Origin: Narcine bancroftii
Taxonomy: Eukaryota
Assembly: GCF_036971445.1 (NCBI RefSeq)
Contig: NC_091477.1
Location: 119,908,001 to 119,972,000 of the forward strand
Reading direction: 5' to 3'
Length of the DNA: 64,000 bases
Both the position numbers and the translations under genes were made by a program. The notes below the pieces were generated by a model. That model was not told the DNA's origin. It saw only the letters and a list, made by a program, of their open reading frames with translations, and did no database searches. Of this stretch, positions 1 to 13,139 are shown one piece after another. Position 1 is the first letter of the stretch, and each line of letters starts with the position of its first letter.

Positions 1-195
1 ATGTACATATTCACTGACATTCCTATTTGTTGGATGCAAACATGTACTTAACAAAAAATGTTTTCATTAAATTGAATTGAATTGAAAAGATAATAAATGC
101 AAACTATGGATAATAAATATTCTCAGCAACCATATGCAAGAAAAAGGGCGCTACAATACTGCAGACAGACCTTTTGTGGTATCAGATGAATCCCT

Positions 196-455
196 GGGGT
201 GGCATGGTTAGAGTAATGGTTAACACAATGCTTTTGCAGTGCCAGCGACTGGGACAGGGGTTCAAATCCCGCACTGCCAATAAGGAGTTTGTACATTCTC
301 CCCGTGTCTGTGTGGGTTTTCCCCAGGGGCTCCAGTTTCACCCCACTATTTGAAACACTGTAGGCATTGTAAGTTAATCGGTTGTAATTCGGCATCAGGG
401 GCTCATGGGCCGAAATTACTTGTTAAAGTGCTATATTTCTAAATTTAAATTTAAA
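196..455 (+). mobile_element. tRNA-derived SINE (V-SINE/HE1-like)
   Basis: A-box-like tggcatggttagagtaatgg, B-box ggttcaaatccc, then core gagtttgtacattctccccgtgtctgtgtgggttttc and an AT-rich tail. A reverse copy is at 32147-32381. Confidence 0.75.
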
Positions 456-499
456 ATTTGGTGTAATAAGGGGATTTTCAAGAACCTGACGGCTGTTTG

Positions 500-835
500 A
501 AATAAACAATTCTTGAGCCTAGACATGCTGGTCTTCAGGCTTCTGTATCTTCTGCCTGAAGGGACCTGTGAGACGAGGTTGTGACCAGGGCGATAGGGGT
601 CCTTAATGATGTTGGCTGCCATCCTGAGGCAGGGCCTCATGGAGATGTCTGCAGTCGATGGGAGGTCAGAGCCTGTGATAGAACTGGCTGTGTTTACTGC
701 CTTTGCAGACCTCTGTGAGCCTTGGATTCAGATTCCCAAACAGGCTGTGATGCAACCAGTCGCTATACTTTCCACAGTGCACATGTAGAAGTTCGATAGA
801 GTATCCACCATCATGCCAAATCTCCTCAGTCTCTT
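500..835 (-). mobile_element. Degenerate 3' fragment of a Rex1/Babar-type LINE
   Basis: The reverse strand resembles the Rex-like ORF C-terminus (ANIIKDPYRPGHNL...PSGRRYRSLKT...RLKN). Related pieces lie at 12380-12600 and 22290-22560. Confidence 0.55.
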
Positions 836-849
836 AGGCACACCTGAGT

Positions 850-1315
850 TGACATTTTGGGCCTCGGCCCTTCTTAAGGAGCACTGAGAAACAGGCAGAT
901 ACCTGAATAAATAGTTGTGGGGAGAGGAAGGAGACTAACAGGTAGGAAGTGATAGGTGGGTACAGGTAGGAGAGTAGAAGAGAATGAAACTCAGATAGGG
1001 GAAGTGATAGGGGAGAGAGCTCAGAAAGAAAGCTCTCTTAGGAGAAGGAAAAGAAAGAAGTGGGGAGCCAAGAGGGAGACAGAGAGGTAGGGAAGAAGAG
1101 AGACCAGAGGAGGGGATTAACAGAAATGGTTGTCTGGTTGAAGACTGCAGAGAGAGAATATTGGGTGTAGTTCTTCCAATTTATGAGAGGCCTCAACCTG
1201 GCAGTGTACAGCCATGGACAGACATTTCACTGTGGGAACGGGATGTGGACTTGAAGTGGTTAGCCACTCGGAGGTACGTACTGTTTGCAGCAGACAGAGC
1301 AAAAGTGCTCCACAA
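850..1315 (-). mobile_element. Penelope-like element fragment (degenerate)
   Basis: Visible nucleotide similarity to the GIY-YIG-bearing copy at 13140-13880 (ccatggacagaca...ttgaagtggtt.gccact), preceded by the same purine-rich tract. Confidence 0.6.
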
Positions 1316-1407
1316 AGGTCAAAGTAGGATTTCCATCACCTATATCCTTCAACCACTGGGTCAAAATGTAATTAAGTTAAGGGTTTGACCAAGGGTGAAT
1401 AATCTAC

Positions 1408-1531
1408 CTGTGTCATTACTGATCTCCCCATCCGGACACTGTGAGCATTCGGAGCAGCAAACTGGTTGTCCCTTTGGAACAGTTTTCCTTGTGCCTGGAG
1501 GACAGCTGTCCATGCAGACTGACCGCAGCAC
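1408..1531 (-). CDS. V2R/OlfC-type class C GPCR gene A, exon 5 (cysteine-rich NCD3G domain); exon 6 lies beyond the window start
   Basis: [41 protein letters not shown]; ctcag acceptor, G|gtagat donor; 124 nt, the same as exon 5 of B and C. Confidence 0.95.
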
Positions 1532-2489
1532 CTGAGTCGTGGAAAAGCAAGGCCTTTTTACCTTGGAATGGGGTGACGGCAAGAGAATATTGCCATATAC
1601 ATAATTTAAAATGCATAGAAGCGCCAGCATTCTTACTTGCCTCAGCCACCAACCTCAATGGTATAAATTAACATAACCACCGTCTGCTAAGGCAGAAAAT
1701 CTAAGAAAATCTCAGCCACGCCCAAGAAGCTGCACATTGACTAGGGATCAGGCGTAACAGTCACTGCAGCTGTAGTAAAATACGAAAGTCTGCAGGTGCA
1801 GTGATTGAAGAACAAAATCATTGCCACAGACTTTAGGGGGATCAGCATCTTGACAGCAGGCCTGCAGGTTTTGGCAATGAGTCAACAAGGGAGTCATCTT
1901 AGTAAAAACACAAAGAGATCTTTACCTCCTGTGGACACCGCGAGACCTGATCAATTCCTCCAGTATTTCTGTGTTTTTACGATCATCTATAGTTTTATCT
2001 TTACCTTGTTTCATTTGTTAACATTGAGGGCCATGTTATTTTTTTGTAATATTAGCAGAGCTCTGGAAAATGAATGAACAAGCACATTGCCAGGACTGTC
2101 AATTTGAATTCCACCTCTCTTGGTCTTTCACATTCTTCTTGACTTCAGCCACTCTGCCAGCACTTGATAACGGCATCCAAAGATCAGGAAAACCTCAAAC
2201 CTTTCATTTGTCCTTGATCTTTCTGATGTCTTTGCATTTCCATGAAACTCTGGTTAGACCACATTTGGAGCATTGCATTCAGTTCCAGTCGCCTCATTGC
2301 AGATAGGATGTAGTGAAAACTGAAAAAAATGCTGGAGCAACTCCGCAGGTCTCACAACGTTGGTGATACATCCTTTCCTCCTCTGGATGCCACGAGCATG
2401 AGCTCCTCCAGCATTTCTGTGCTTTTAACTCCAATCACAGCATCTGCAGTGCTCTCGTGTTTCAGTTCTCGTCAAGTGAGTACTCTTAC

Positions 2490-2717
2490 CGAGGTTTGGC
2501 CGCCATGCCAAACAATATTTTCTACTTTGATCTGAGTGAAGCCATCCAAGCCTGACGCTGCATCGAATCTGCCGACATGAACATACTTAACAGATCCATC
2601 CGCTTTTCTTTGCCAGTTTATGATATCATATGACGCGAGTGGGTCCCCATTCTCATCGAAGTGAATGTCTTCCCCCAAATTGGTTGTGTAGTTCACCTCT
2701 TTCAGGTAATGGAGGAG
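2490..2717 (-). CDS. V2R/OlfC gene A, exon 4
   Basis: LLHYLKEVNYTTNLGEDIHFDENGDPLASYDIINWQ...; caaaag acceptor, TCG|gtaaga donor; 228 nt. Confidence 0.95.
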
Positions 2718-3104
2718 CTTTTGTAAAAAAGAAAGGAATACAGAGCAGAGCTCATAAAAAATAGTTTTACTTTGCCACATCCTAACCACAACTACATTGG
2801 GATGTTAAGTTGAAGCTGTATAAGATTCCAACTGTCTCTTGATCGTTCATCAAGAGACACAGGAGTATCAGAGCCAGAAACACCAGGCTGAGAAACAGCT
2901 TCTTCCCACGGGCAGTGAAAATGCTGAATGACTGATGAACTGCTCATATAAATCTCCGAGATGCCACTATTTATTCAATGATTTTTATATATGTGTGTGT
3001 GTGTTGAACTGGGTATCATTTCTCACTATATGTGTTTGCAGTGTGTTGAACTGAGGACCAAAGAATACTGCTTTGTCGGGTACAATCAGATGATAAATAA
3101 ACTT

Positions 3105-4020
3105 GAACTTGATGTTGGTGAGGCCAAATATGAAATATTGTGTGCAGTTTTGGTCACCTACTGACTAAGATAGCAACAAGCTTGAAAGAGGGCAGAGAAA
3201 ATTGACAAGGATGTTGTTGGAACTTAAGGCATGAAGTTGAACAAATGAGGACAGCCATTCTTAACCTTTTATTGGCGACAGCCCCCTTAGGACTCTGCTC
3301 AAAGTTTATATCCCCCTTTCCTGTAAAGCAGTCAGGTTTCTTCCATACTTCTCTCATACTGTCGACAGCAAAGACATAAAAAATAGTTATATAGCATGAG
3401 GTGAAAAGGAAGCAAGGCTTTTACTCTGAGAGTAACAACTGTGACTTGTTCTGAACAAACAAATAAGACATCATTCTTAATTAACATTTAGGAAAGACGA
3501 AAATGTGAACATACATATTATAGTTTCCATAATCCCCCATACATTTAGGTCTCCCCTTATTAAGGATTTAAATCCATGCCCCCATCCCCTTAAATGTGCT
3601 GTGGCCCCCAACCTCCGTTGAGCATGGCTGGGCTAGGACAAGTCCCTGGAGTGTCAGTGAAAGAGGGGAATTTGATAGAGGCATGCAAACGTTTGAGGGG
3701 TATAGATAGGGTAAATGTAAGCGGACATTTTCGGAGGGTGAGACAAGAACTAAAACCTTGGGTTAAAGATGAAAAGTGAAATGGGTAAGGGGAAAATGAG
3801 GGGGAACTTCTATACTCAGGGTAGTGAGAGTCTGGAACGAGCTCCCAGTGGGAGTGATGCACCTGGGCTTGATTACGATATTTAAGAGAAATTTGGATAG
3901 TTGCATGGGTGGGAGGGGTATGGAGGGCTATGATCTGGATGCAGGGGCAAGGTGGAAAAATAGTTCAGCATGACTAGCTGGCTCAAATGGCCTGGATCAG
4001 TGCGGTAAGTTCTATGGTCC
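3105..4020 (+). mobile_element. CR1-type LINE 3' fragment, interrupted by a hAT-like MITE
   Basis: CR1 RT-end remnants (gaaatattgtgtgcagttttggtcacc..., tctggaacgagctccca) flank the insertion and end in a ttctatgg tail. Confidence 0.6.
3252..3630. mobile_element. Non-autonomous hAT-like DNA transposon (MITE)
   Basis: Terminal inverted repeats cagccattcttaac (3252) and gttgagcatggctg (ending 3630), 12/14 matched. It splits a CR1 remnant. The 8-bp flanks match only partly. Confidence 0.6.
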
Positions 4021-4469
4021 ACATTTTTGTATAAACTGTACAGAACACATAATTCAAAAGTGCATTTGTTGACACTTGTTAAAGAAACATTGAAGAAATG
4101 ATCACTCCCTCAGTGAATATGAGAAAATAAGCCAAACATTGCTGATTCCATGTCTAGAAATAAGGTTCTACAATGCAATAGTAACATGGTTCTTATTTGT
4201 ATAGAAACCCACCAATTTTGTCCATCTACCATTTCCACTTGCTCTAACAACTAAATGGCTTGTAAGTCCATCTCTGTGTCTCACAAGTACTTAGTGACAA
4301 TTGTCTACCACATAGACATAGAAACACACAACAAAGTAACAGGCCATTCATCCCTCAATATCCATGCTAACCAGTGAGCCTCCATCTGCACTAATTCCAT
4401 TCTCCAACTCTTGACGCATACACTTCAATGCTTAAGAAATTCAAGTGCCCATCTAGAGTTTCCTCAAAG

Positions 4470-5050
4470 GTGAGACCTCATGTGGAGTACCGGGTACAGT
4501 TTTGGGTTCCTTTTTTTAAGGAAAAATGTGGTGGCGTTGAAGATTCAGAAGAATGGTTCCTGGAATGAAAGGTTTAGCACATGAACAACGCTTGATGGCT
4601 CTTGCACTGTTCTCTTGGAGTTCAGATGGATGGGGAGCTGGGGTGGGGGGTGGGGGAAACTTCATAGATGCATTTCGAATGTTGAAAAGCCTGGATAGCA
4701 TAGTTGTGGCAAAGTTGTTTCCCATGACCAAGGAATCAAGGACAAGGGGCCATAACTTCAGGATTGAAGGCTACCCATTTAAAACAGAGATGCGGAGGAA
4801 TTTCATTAGCCAGAGAATGGTGAACGTTTGGAATTTTCTGCCACAGGCAGCTGTGGAGGACAGGCCATTGGGTGTATTGAAGGCAGAGACTTATAGGTAT
4901 CTGAATAGTCAGGGAATCAAAGGTTATGGGGAGAAGGCAGGGTAGTGAGGCTGAATGGGAGAATGGATCATCTCGTGAAGGAATGGTGGAGTGGACTTGA
5001 TGGGCCAAATGGCCGGCTTCTGCTCCTATATCATATGATCTCATGGTCAA
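4470..5050 (+). mobile_element. CR1-type LINE 3' fragment
   Basis: ORF 4553-4945 resembles the CR1 ORF2 C-terminus (LFPMTKESRTRGHNFRI...RRNFISQRMVNVWNFLP); ends in a tatgatc/catggtc tail. Confidence 0.75.
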
Positions 5051-6984
5051 GTGCTGTCAGTTATTCAGCTTCCATCACTCTCTAAGGTTGTACATTCCAG
5101 GTACTCACCACTCTGGAGAAAAAGGTCCAACATGTCTCTCAACTTCTTCAGGTAGACCATTATAAGCATATGAAATGGATGAATCATAGTGTGGCACAGG
5201 AAGCTGCTCCACCCAAGATGGAAGTAGCCACAGAACATCACGCAAACTTCCCTCCCCTCCATGGACTCCAGCTACACCTCCTGCGGTCTAGATCCACCAC
5301 AACCCAGACTAGCCTCGCCCCCACCCCCCCACAAACCAATAGATATAAAATGTCTTCCCCGCAGCCATCAGGCTCCTGAATAAACCCCACAACCATGCTT
5401 TGCACTCATTGATCTTTTTCATTGTAACTCTACCCTCTGTAATTATGTTCTTGCATTGCCCTTCTTTGTTCAGCTGTACTCATGTGAGAGTTATCTCATG
5501 GAAGAATCCTTCTCACTGTACCAGGTGTAATCTGATAATAAACTTGAATTTGAATACCTTCAAGCTCAGTTCTGCCACATTACACCTGGTGCAGGAATAT
5601 GTTCACCATAATGACTGCAGAGCATCACATCAGCCTTCTGGAAGGAATCACTGATGGGTGAGCCCTCGCGGCCCCTGAACAAAATTAAAAATATGAAGCA
5701 ATTGGTGCCTCGCTGCTTGGATATCTTGGGCACCATGGAGCTTGGATTAACAGCTCTAACCATGAAGCACCAGTGCAGTGCCAAAGGTGCATGAAAGCAA
5801 GAGAGTAATAGAAGTTATCTCAGGAGGGTTAAGTGAGGCGAGGGCGAGAACTTTCATGTACAAATATCAGTATGACCTGATGAGCTGAATGGCCTGTTCT
5901 TTGCTCCTCATTCTCTGCTATTCCATATATATATTATAAAACAGTTTCAGGAATATATTATTTTTTAAAAAACCCAATGCTGGAGAAAAACAACTGGTCA
6001 AACAGTGTACGTGACGTTGCAAAGATAAAGATACATCATCAACATTTCAGGCTTGAGCCCTTCATCAAGGAATGAATAAATGTCTGCAGGTGCCTACTAA
6101 GTTTGGGCCACATACAGTACATTGTTTAACTACCTGTGTTTCTCCAGCACTGTATTTTTTCTTCAGTCATGGTGTCTTCAGACTTCTGTGTTTTACATAT
6201 ATTGTTTCTTTATCGTCTAATCAAAACATGCCTTTATCGAAGATTTCACCATGGAGTCACCATTTATGTGCCAACGGAATAAGGATGAAAATCTATCCTA
6301 CATAAAAGTCCATCACAGGAACAGGCCTTTTGGCCACGATGTCTGTACTGAATATGATCCACAGGTTAACTAAAACTCTGCTCTCGGCATATGATCCATT
6401 CTCCTCCATATTCATGTGTCTATTTAGAAGCCTCTTAAACACTTAAACCCCTTAAACACGACTATAGTACTTGCTTCCACCACTGCTCCTGGCAGACCAT
6501 TCCAGGCCACCACCACTTTCTATGTAAAGAAAAATTGCCCCACAACATCTCCTTTAAACTCCTCTGCTTCCACCACCACACTCTAACCTTAAATACGTGA
6601 CCTCTAGTGTGTGACACTCTTATGCTGGGGAAAAGATTCTGACCCTCCACCCTTGCACTGCCTCGCAGAATTTTATCTTGTGGGTTATCGAGGAGGCTAC
6701 TTATTCTGATAAAAATATCACTGTCTCTCCATCTCTCCCAGCTTGTGCACTTCTTGCCCTTCCCCAGCCCCCACCCTCTCATACCTTTCTACTTTAGTCT
6801 CATAAAAGTGAGGGGAGGAAATTTAAGGGCGACATCGGAGGTAAGATTTTTATTAAGTTGTGGGTGCCTGGAATACCTTGCCAGGGGTGGTGGTTAAAGG
6901 TGAAATATTTGGCACATTTAAGACACTTGACATCAAGCACATGGATAAAAGAAAACTAGAGGGGCATGAGATAGGAAGGGCTTA

Positions 6985-7225
6985 GTTTTTTGAAAACCAC
7001 TGTTTTAATTGTCCTTCATTGACTCGTTATGTGCATGGTTTCATAACTGGAAATGGGCCAATGACCATTTTTCTCAAGCAAAATATTTCAGTAACAATTG
7101 GGTCAAGAGCAGTGATTCCCAACCTTCCCTTCCCACTCACATCCCACCTGAAGTAATCCCTTAATCACAGAATACAGATGGCATAGGGATTACTTAAAGT
7201 GGGATGTAAGTGAAACAACTGCCTT
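6985..7225. mobile_element. hAT/Charlie-type MITE copy (reverse complement of 18929-19166)
   Basis: cagtgattcccaaccttccctt end motif; the body is the reverse complement of the 19-kb copy (tttctcaagcaaaatatttcagtaacaa). Confidence 0.65.
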
Positions 7226-7446
7226 AAAGTGAGATTAGCTCAGCTCACACAGAGAGGACTTGGGATCAATCTGCTCAGTGGGGCTCCAGTGGTGGTGTAT
7301 GCCCCAAGGGAAACACAGCTGAGTCGACTAACCAGGCAATTGACATGGAGAGGGGCATTGCTCATTGATGACACAGACCGATAGCTAGCCAAACGCGTTG
7401 TCATGCAAGATTGCACCAATTTCTCCCAGAATCTTAAACATCCTAC

Positions 7447-8268
7447 CTGCCATGGTTCGAACTTAAAAATATTTGCACAGGTCCTATTTAGTGCAGGATC
7501 ATTTTTGCAAGAGTTGAGATTGTGGAGGGCATGAGCAATTGCATACACTGCTTTGTAAACGTTGTAAGAAACTCTCAGTTGGGACACATCTGAATATATA
7601 TTGTACATCCTGTTTAAGTCCTCTGAACCAGTGCATTGGCTGTGAGAGGCATTGTTCCCTTTGATACTACCTGGTGTCGTGAAGGAACATTCAAACGTTG
7701 TCTCCCACAATTCTTTCACAAAGATATTATTGGGAGTTTTGAATGGATGGGCTTCAAGAAGGAAATCCCTCAGGCCTGGGATTTCCCCCCTGTGGATAGC
7801 AAATCCTATTGTTCCACTCAGAGAGAGGAGATTCTCTCTGGTTGCCATTAAAGCTGATGTAACCCACGCCTCACTTGCAATCCATTGCCTTCCAGTGATG
7901 TTTTGCTTCACAATTTCTCTGATTAAAGGGTACGCATCCCCCTCAATGGCAAACATGACGATGACCCTGGCCGTCGACGCTTTGATTGCCTCTGTGATCT
8001 GAAGGATCTTCTGCCGGGAGTACACCTTGGGAATGACTTCGGTGAAGGCGATGCACACGCCGAGCCGTCTGACCTGCTCGCTGAACGCTTGAATGCCATT
8101 ACGGCCATAGTCGTCGCCGCCAGCCACCAACCCCACCCAGGTCCAGCCGAACCGATGTACCAGCTGAGCCAATCCCCGGGCCTGGTGGGCATCGCTCGGC
8201 ATGGTCCTGAAGAAGGCTGGGAACTCGTTCCTGCGGCTCAGACATGCGCAGGATGCAAAGTAGCTGAC
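7447..8268 (-). CDS. V2R/OlfC gene A, exon 3 (Venus flytrap domain)
   Basis: VSYFASCACLS...FPAFFRTMPSD...FGWTWVG...DDYG...WIASEAW...[12 protein letters not shown]...FEPWQ; cccacag acceptor, CAG|gtagga donor; 822 nt, open. Confidence 0.97.
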
Positions 8269-8619
8269 CTGTGGGGATAAAAACCATGAATAAATCAATA
8301 ATCCTACACAGTTACACAGCTCACCTTCTGAAAGAGCTCTCCAATTAAAGCACTGCTCCCACTCTATTTATGGTCCTTTGCAAACAACAAATGTGCTGGA
8401 GAAGTAGGTCTCACAGCATCAATCAGAAGTAAAAGGGCGGACGCTGTTTCAGGCCTGAGTCCCATTACTTCCTGTGTCTGCAGACTTTCTTGTTTAACTC
8501 CATTTGTGGCCCTTCCTTTGGGAAGCTGTTGATCCAGCAATCTTAACTGTGTCATCGCCTCAAAAGGGCGACACAGACTGAAGTGCTTGGCTTTGAGTAC
8601 AGGAGTTAGGCTAGCAGGA

Positions 8620-9155
8620 TCTAAAGACGATAATGAGACCACACTTAGGATATTGTGGTCACCTTGATGTAGGAAGGATGTTAATAAGCGAGCTCAGATG
8701 CAGAAAGTATTTAAAAGGATGTTAGTAGGATTGGAGGGCTTGAGGTATAAGAAGAGAAAAGATTTTAAAAAATGTTTTCTCTTGTAATGGAGGAGGGGAG
8801 GACAGGGGTAACACTATAGAGGTTTATGAAATCATAATGTACATTGGTAAAGTGTGTGGTCACAGACTTTCTCTCAGGGTAGGAGAGTCAAAAACTAGAG
8901 GGCGTAGGTTAACATTGATGGGAAAGATTTATAAGGGGCTTCAGAGATAACACTTCCATGCAGATGGTGGGATGTACGAGCTGCAAAAGGGAGCGGTTGA
9001 GTCAGGCATTTAAAATACATGGTACATGACTAGGAAAGTTTCAGGGGGTGCGTTTGGCTTGTAAGCAAATAGGTTTAGCACGGGAAGGGAACAGGGAACG
9101 TGGCTGGCATGGCCAAGTTGGGCTGAAGGGCCTGTTTCTGCACTGTTCTGCTCTC
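8620..9155 (+). mobile_element. CR1-type LINE 3' fragment (degenerate)
   Basis: gagaccacacttagga...aaaactagagggc...gggctgaagggcctgtttctg, motifs that recur in the other CR1 copies here. Confidence 0.6.
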
Positions 9156-9262
9156 TGTCTCAACATGGCCAAGATTTCTTTGCAGGAAATTGAGGTGAAT
9201 ATGCATCCTGCTGGCTTTGTGAATGGAAAACCTCCGATCAAACTGTCTTAAAATCAACTTAC

Positions 9263-9554
9263 CATTGGAACTCTGAAAGGGCCCAGGATCCTTTGCATGA
9301 TCATGGACTGCGTGGATCCAGAGTCTCCAACAATTACAGGGATGAAAGCAGATCCTTCACAGGCATGACCATCCATCTCTTCTGCTTCACCAGTTGTTGA
9401 CGCCAAGGCTGCTCTGAGAGACTGAGAGTGTGTGGCACAAGTGTCATAAATCCGATAGCCCAGCTTTACGCTCGGCAGGAGTGTGCTATCTTTGTTTACT
9501 TCCCGAATTGCAAAGATCATTGTCTGCACCCAGCGGAAACTCCTGAAATCAAAG
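9263..9554 (-). CDS. V2R/OlfC gene A, exon 2
   Basis: FDFRSFRWVQTMIFAIREVNKDSTLLPSVKLGYRIYDTC...IVGDSGSTQS...FRVPM; ttcag acceptor, ATG|gtaagt donor; 292 nt. Confidence 0.97.
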
Positions 9555-9805
9555 CTGAAGAGAGACTTCAGTGACCAGAGGATAATTGGCAAGTAGGTGG
9601 AGGTTTCAGCCATACTTTGAAACTGGGCATAAATACATTTTCACAGAGTGGGTCCACATGAGGGGAAACCAATAGAACTTGACTTATCCTTTCAACAAAT
9701 AGAATGGGCTTCAAAGTGGTCGAGGGAAGGCAAAGCTGTTAAATAATTGCCCCTTCAGAATGAGTGCAATTGAAAAGGGGAGGCAGGGATTAGCGTTACA
9801 TTACA

Positions 9806-10515
9806 TTTTTTAAACAAAAGTTTATTCAAACGCAAAAATCGACGAATACAAACACGTCTAAACATTGCTGGATATTCACGAGAATCGGTATAGCATCACT
9901 GCCCCTCAATTATATATAATTTACATTTTCAAATTAAAATCCTGCTGAAGCTATCGATAATGCACTTCATCCCCTGGGGGTCCCACCATTCCCAGACTTT
10001 GGCCAACGACCCTTAAGATACCACGTGTTTTGTATCTAACAACACACAGAGCCGGGCATAACCCCAAAAGAGGAGCAGGCAGTCAGCTCGCCCTGAACCC
10101 TCGACTGTTGACCTGTCAATAATAGCCAGTTTGGCCAGGCCTACCAACAACCCCACAAGGAGATCCCCTGAGTGCCTGACCCCTCCACACAGGGTAACCG
10201 TAAATCAGGAGTGTGGTGGGGCTGAAGTGCAGCCAGAACCTGAGGAGCAGCCCCTTCAGGTAGGCAAAGAGGGTCTGCAGCCTCTCACACTCCACACAAA
10301 TATGGTACACCATCTCCTCCCGTCCACAGAAGTGACAGGCGGCCAAGGTGTCGGTGAACCGACTCGGGAAGTGGTAGCACGGAACTGCTTGGTGCAACTT
10401 TCTCCACTCCAGGTCCCCAATATAAAGTGGCAGGACTCTTGCATACAGAGACCTCCACTGGGGACCCAGCGTAATGCTATTACAGCACCTGCAACCCAGA
10501 TTCGAATCCGGCACT
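9806..10515 (-). mobile_element. Tx1/L1-clade LINE 3' fragment (ORF2 C-terminal zinc finger)
   Basis: ORF 10116-10514 has WRSLY...DLEWRKLH...CHFCGREEMVYHICVEC (CCHC, zf-RVT-like). Minus-strand AATAAA and A-tail near 9806-9826. Confidence 0.7.
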
Positions 10516-10909
10516 GCATGTTACATGACTTCCTTATTTTCTTTTATATACAATGCCAAGCCCAGTAGATGACAGGGTGGTATGAAGGCAAGAACACCAT
10601 AGGCCTTATTTGCCATCCCATTTACTTGTGTGGTCACTTACAATCAACTATTGCCCTGAACCCTCAGATCCATCTGCACCTCAATGCTTTTAAGAGTCCT
10701 GCCATTAATTGCCTATATTTGACCTCCCAAAGAGTAATACCTCATACATGTCTGGATAAACTCCATCTGCCATTTCTCTGCAATTTCTGAAATTGATATA
10801 CAGCTTTATATATTCTTGATAACTCTGCACTGTCCACAACTCTTCCAATCTTATCATAATTTGCAAACTTACTCACCCATCCACCTACTTTGTCATCCAA
10901 GTCATTTAT

Positions 10910-11580
10910 ATTCAAGATTCTTTTAGTGACATGTAATAAATAGAAAATCTAATATGACACAAAATTTCCTTTAATTTACCTAAGGCAGACAAAAACTCGC
11001 CATCATCAAAATTTCCTGGTGTCCCTTTCAATCAGAGAAAGAGAACCAAATGATTGTCTCTCTAGAGTCATTGAGTGTCCATGGCGACACCTCCAGAGCT
11101 ATCACAGCCAAACAGCTTTCAGCCTAAATCATCGGCAACCTGAGTTTCAGGTACAAACCTCTGACATAATCAGGAAGCCTCCAGCACCCTCAGCGCCTTC
11201 TCATATCCCAGTTTCAATACCTTGCAACCCTTCAGCCAGTCTAGAACCAGTCTCCAGCAGTTGGCAGCCAGGTGTGAATTCCTTGACTACAGTCGCCAGC
11301 AGCCTGCGGCCTGCCTGGGTTCCTCTCCTCAAGACACCAACAGCTCGCTGCCCTACCCTCGCTGGTCCGTCGCTACGGTCACCGTCCCATGGGTTGTCTG
11401 CTTCTCCTTCTCAAATAGGAGGTGGTCTCCCCGTTTTCTGGTGCTATGCACCAGTCCTCTGCTCTCCTAGATTCTGCAACCCCTCGAAGCCACTGCTAAA
11501 CTCAGGCGCCGCCAACTTGAGCCCAGAACCCACACTCTTTGGATTTTAAAATAAACCTCTCACAAACCGCAGAGGTCTCA
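10910..11580 (-). repeat. Unclassified interspersed repeat with a LINE-like tail (related to 61690-62480, 14720-14940, 48375-48560)
   Basis: Shared block taaggcag.cag...tcgccatc...aaatttcctg and a tail resembling tgacaataaa; no recognisable protein. Confidence 0.5.
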
Positions 11581-13139
11581 ACACCAATCACTCTGGAATG
11601 CCTCTGGTCATGGGCAATCCATCCGCAATATCACCCTCTGTTCATCAAGGTGTGCAGTGTTGCACTTTCTGATGCCTGGTATGATTGGATACAAAGCAAA
11701 GCACTCTATTCTTTCCCTTTCATTCCTTCCAACTTTCTTCCTTGTTTGCACCCCATCTCCCTCTATCGCCTTGTGCCCCAAGCACCATTCTACTGATCTC
11801 AGAAGAGAATAGAGATTAGAATTTCCACAAGATTTAAAAAGGCCTTTTTAAGATTGCAACCGAAAAGTTTACCATTCCCACTTTAAGGGCTGACATTTAC
11901 ATGGTCCCAGTGAAAGTGAACCAATGCCGCTATCTCCTCAGAAACCTGAGAAAATTCTGTATGCCCTAGTGTTCTTTACTTATTTCTATAGATTCTCCAT
12001 AGCAGCTATCCTGTCCAGATGCATCGCCGTGCCGGAGAGGAACTACCCTGCCCAAGACCACAAGAACTGGATTCCTCTCCCTTGCGCTGATCCTGATCAG
12101 GAATGAAAGTCAGGAATGAATATCAGCCCAGTGGCCGCCCACTGAGCTGTGACAATCCCTGCCCCTTATATTTTTATTTATTTTCCTGGTGTTAAAGTTT
12201 TGTTGTTGTTGGTTGAAGTTTGAGTGAGTTGTGGGGCTGGTAGAGACACGGGCCTGTATTTTAGACATAAAGAAAATGAATATATGTATATTTGAATGTG
12301 AACTGCCATTGTTGGCAGGACACTGTATATGGGCTGAAGAAGCTTGGATGAAAATATAAGTAAAATATTCATAAAAAAAGAAACAGCACAGTTGTGAGTA
12401 CAGCTCAGGCCATCACAGAAACCAACCCCCCTTCATCGACTCCATCGACACCTCCCCATGCATTAGGAATGCTGCCAACATCTTACATCCCACCCTCTTC
12501 AATCCTTCCACCAGGCAGAAGCTAAGAGTTTGAAATCAAGGATCTCCAGATTCATAGACAGTTTCTTTCTATTTGTTATCAGACTCTTGAACATTGGTAA
12601 AAACTGATGTTTTACACTGTTTAGCGGCAACTTTTCTCTTTAATTAATGCTATTCCCTTCGCTTTTGTTTCACGGCAACACCGTGTTTTTATTCTTGCAC
12701 CACCTGCTGTATTATGTAGAGGAGGACTTGTTTGGTAGACCACAAAAGAAAGTTTTCCCACTGTATCTCAGTGAATATGACAAGCAATTCCATTAAGAAC
12801 ACTTCACAGACAATTTGGCTATTTAAGAAGCGCAGTAGCTACTGTTCAGAAAATAAAGTCCAACAAAAAGCAGTAATGTGTGAAACTGTAACACTGAGAT
12901 TAGGATGGATGAATACTGACAAGGCAATCACTCTTTCTGTGCCTTGAATAATGCCTCGGGACCACTGGCAGGATCTCCAGCAGTGGCGCAGTATTGTGGT
13001 TCTGTGATTGGAATGGAAGCTTAGATTACCAGTCAGGCCCCTGGGGTGAAAAATGAATCACCTCCTCTAACTTAATGGCAGGTCTTCTGTCCACCGAGAC
13101 AGGGCAGGTTGCCGACAGAAGGCCTTTCTTCACAATTGT

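Noticed and set aside
196-280. tRNA gene
   Set aside because: The A/B boxes belong to a SINE head that continues into the V-SINE core; no complete cloverleaf is evident.
11019-11549. 176-aa Ser/Pro-rich ORF
   Set aside because: It lies within an interspersed repeat, and the related copy does not preserve it.
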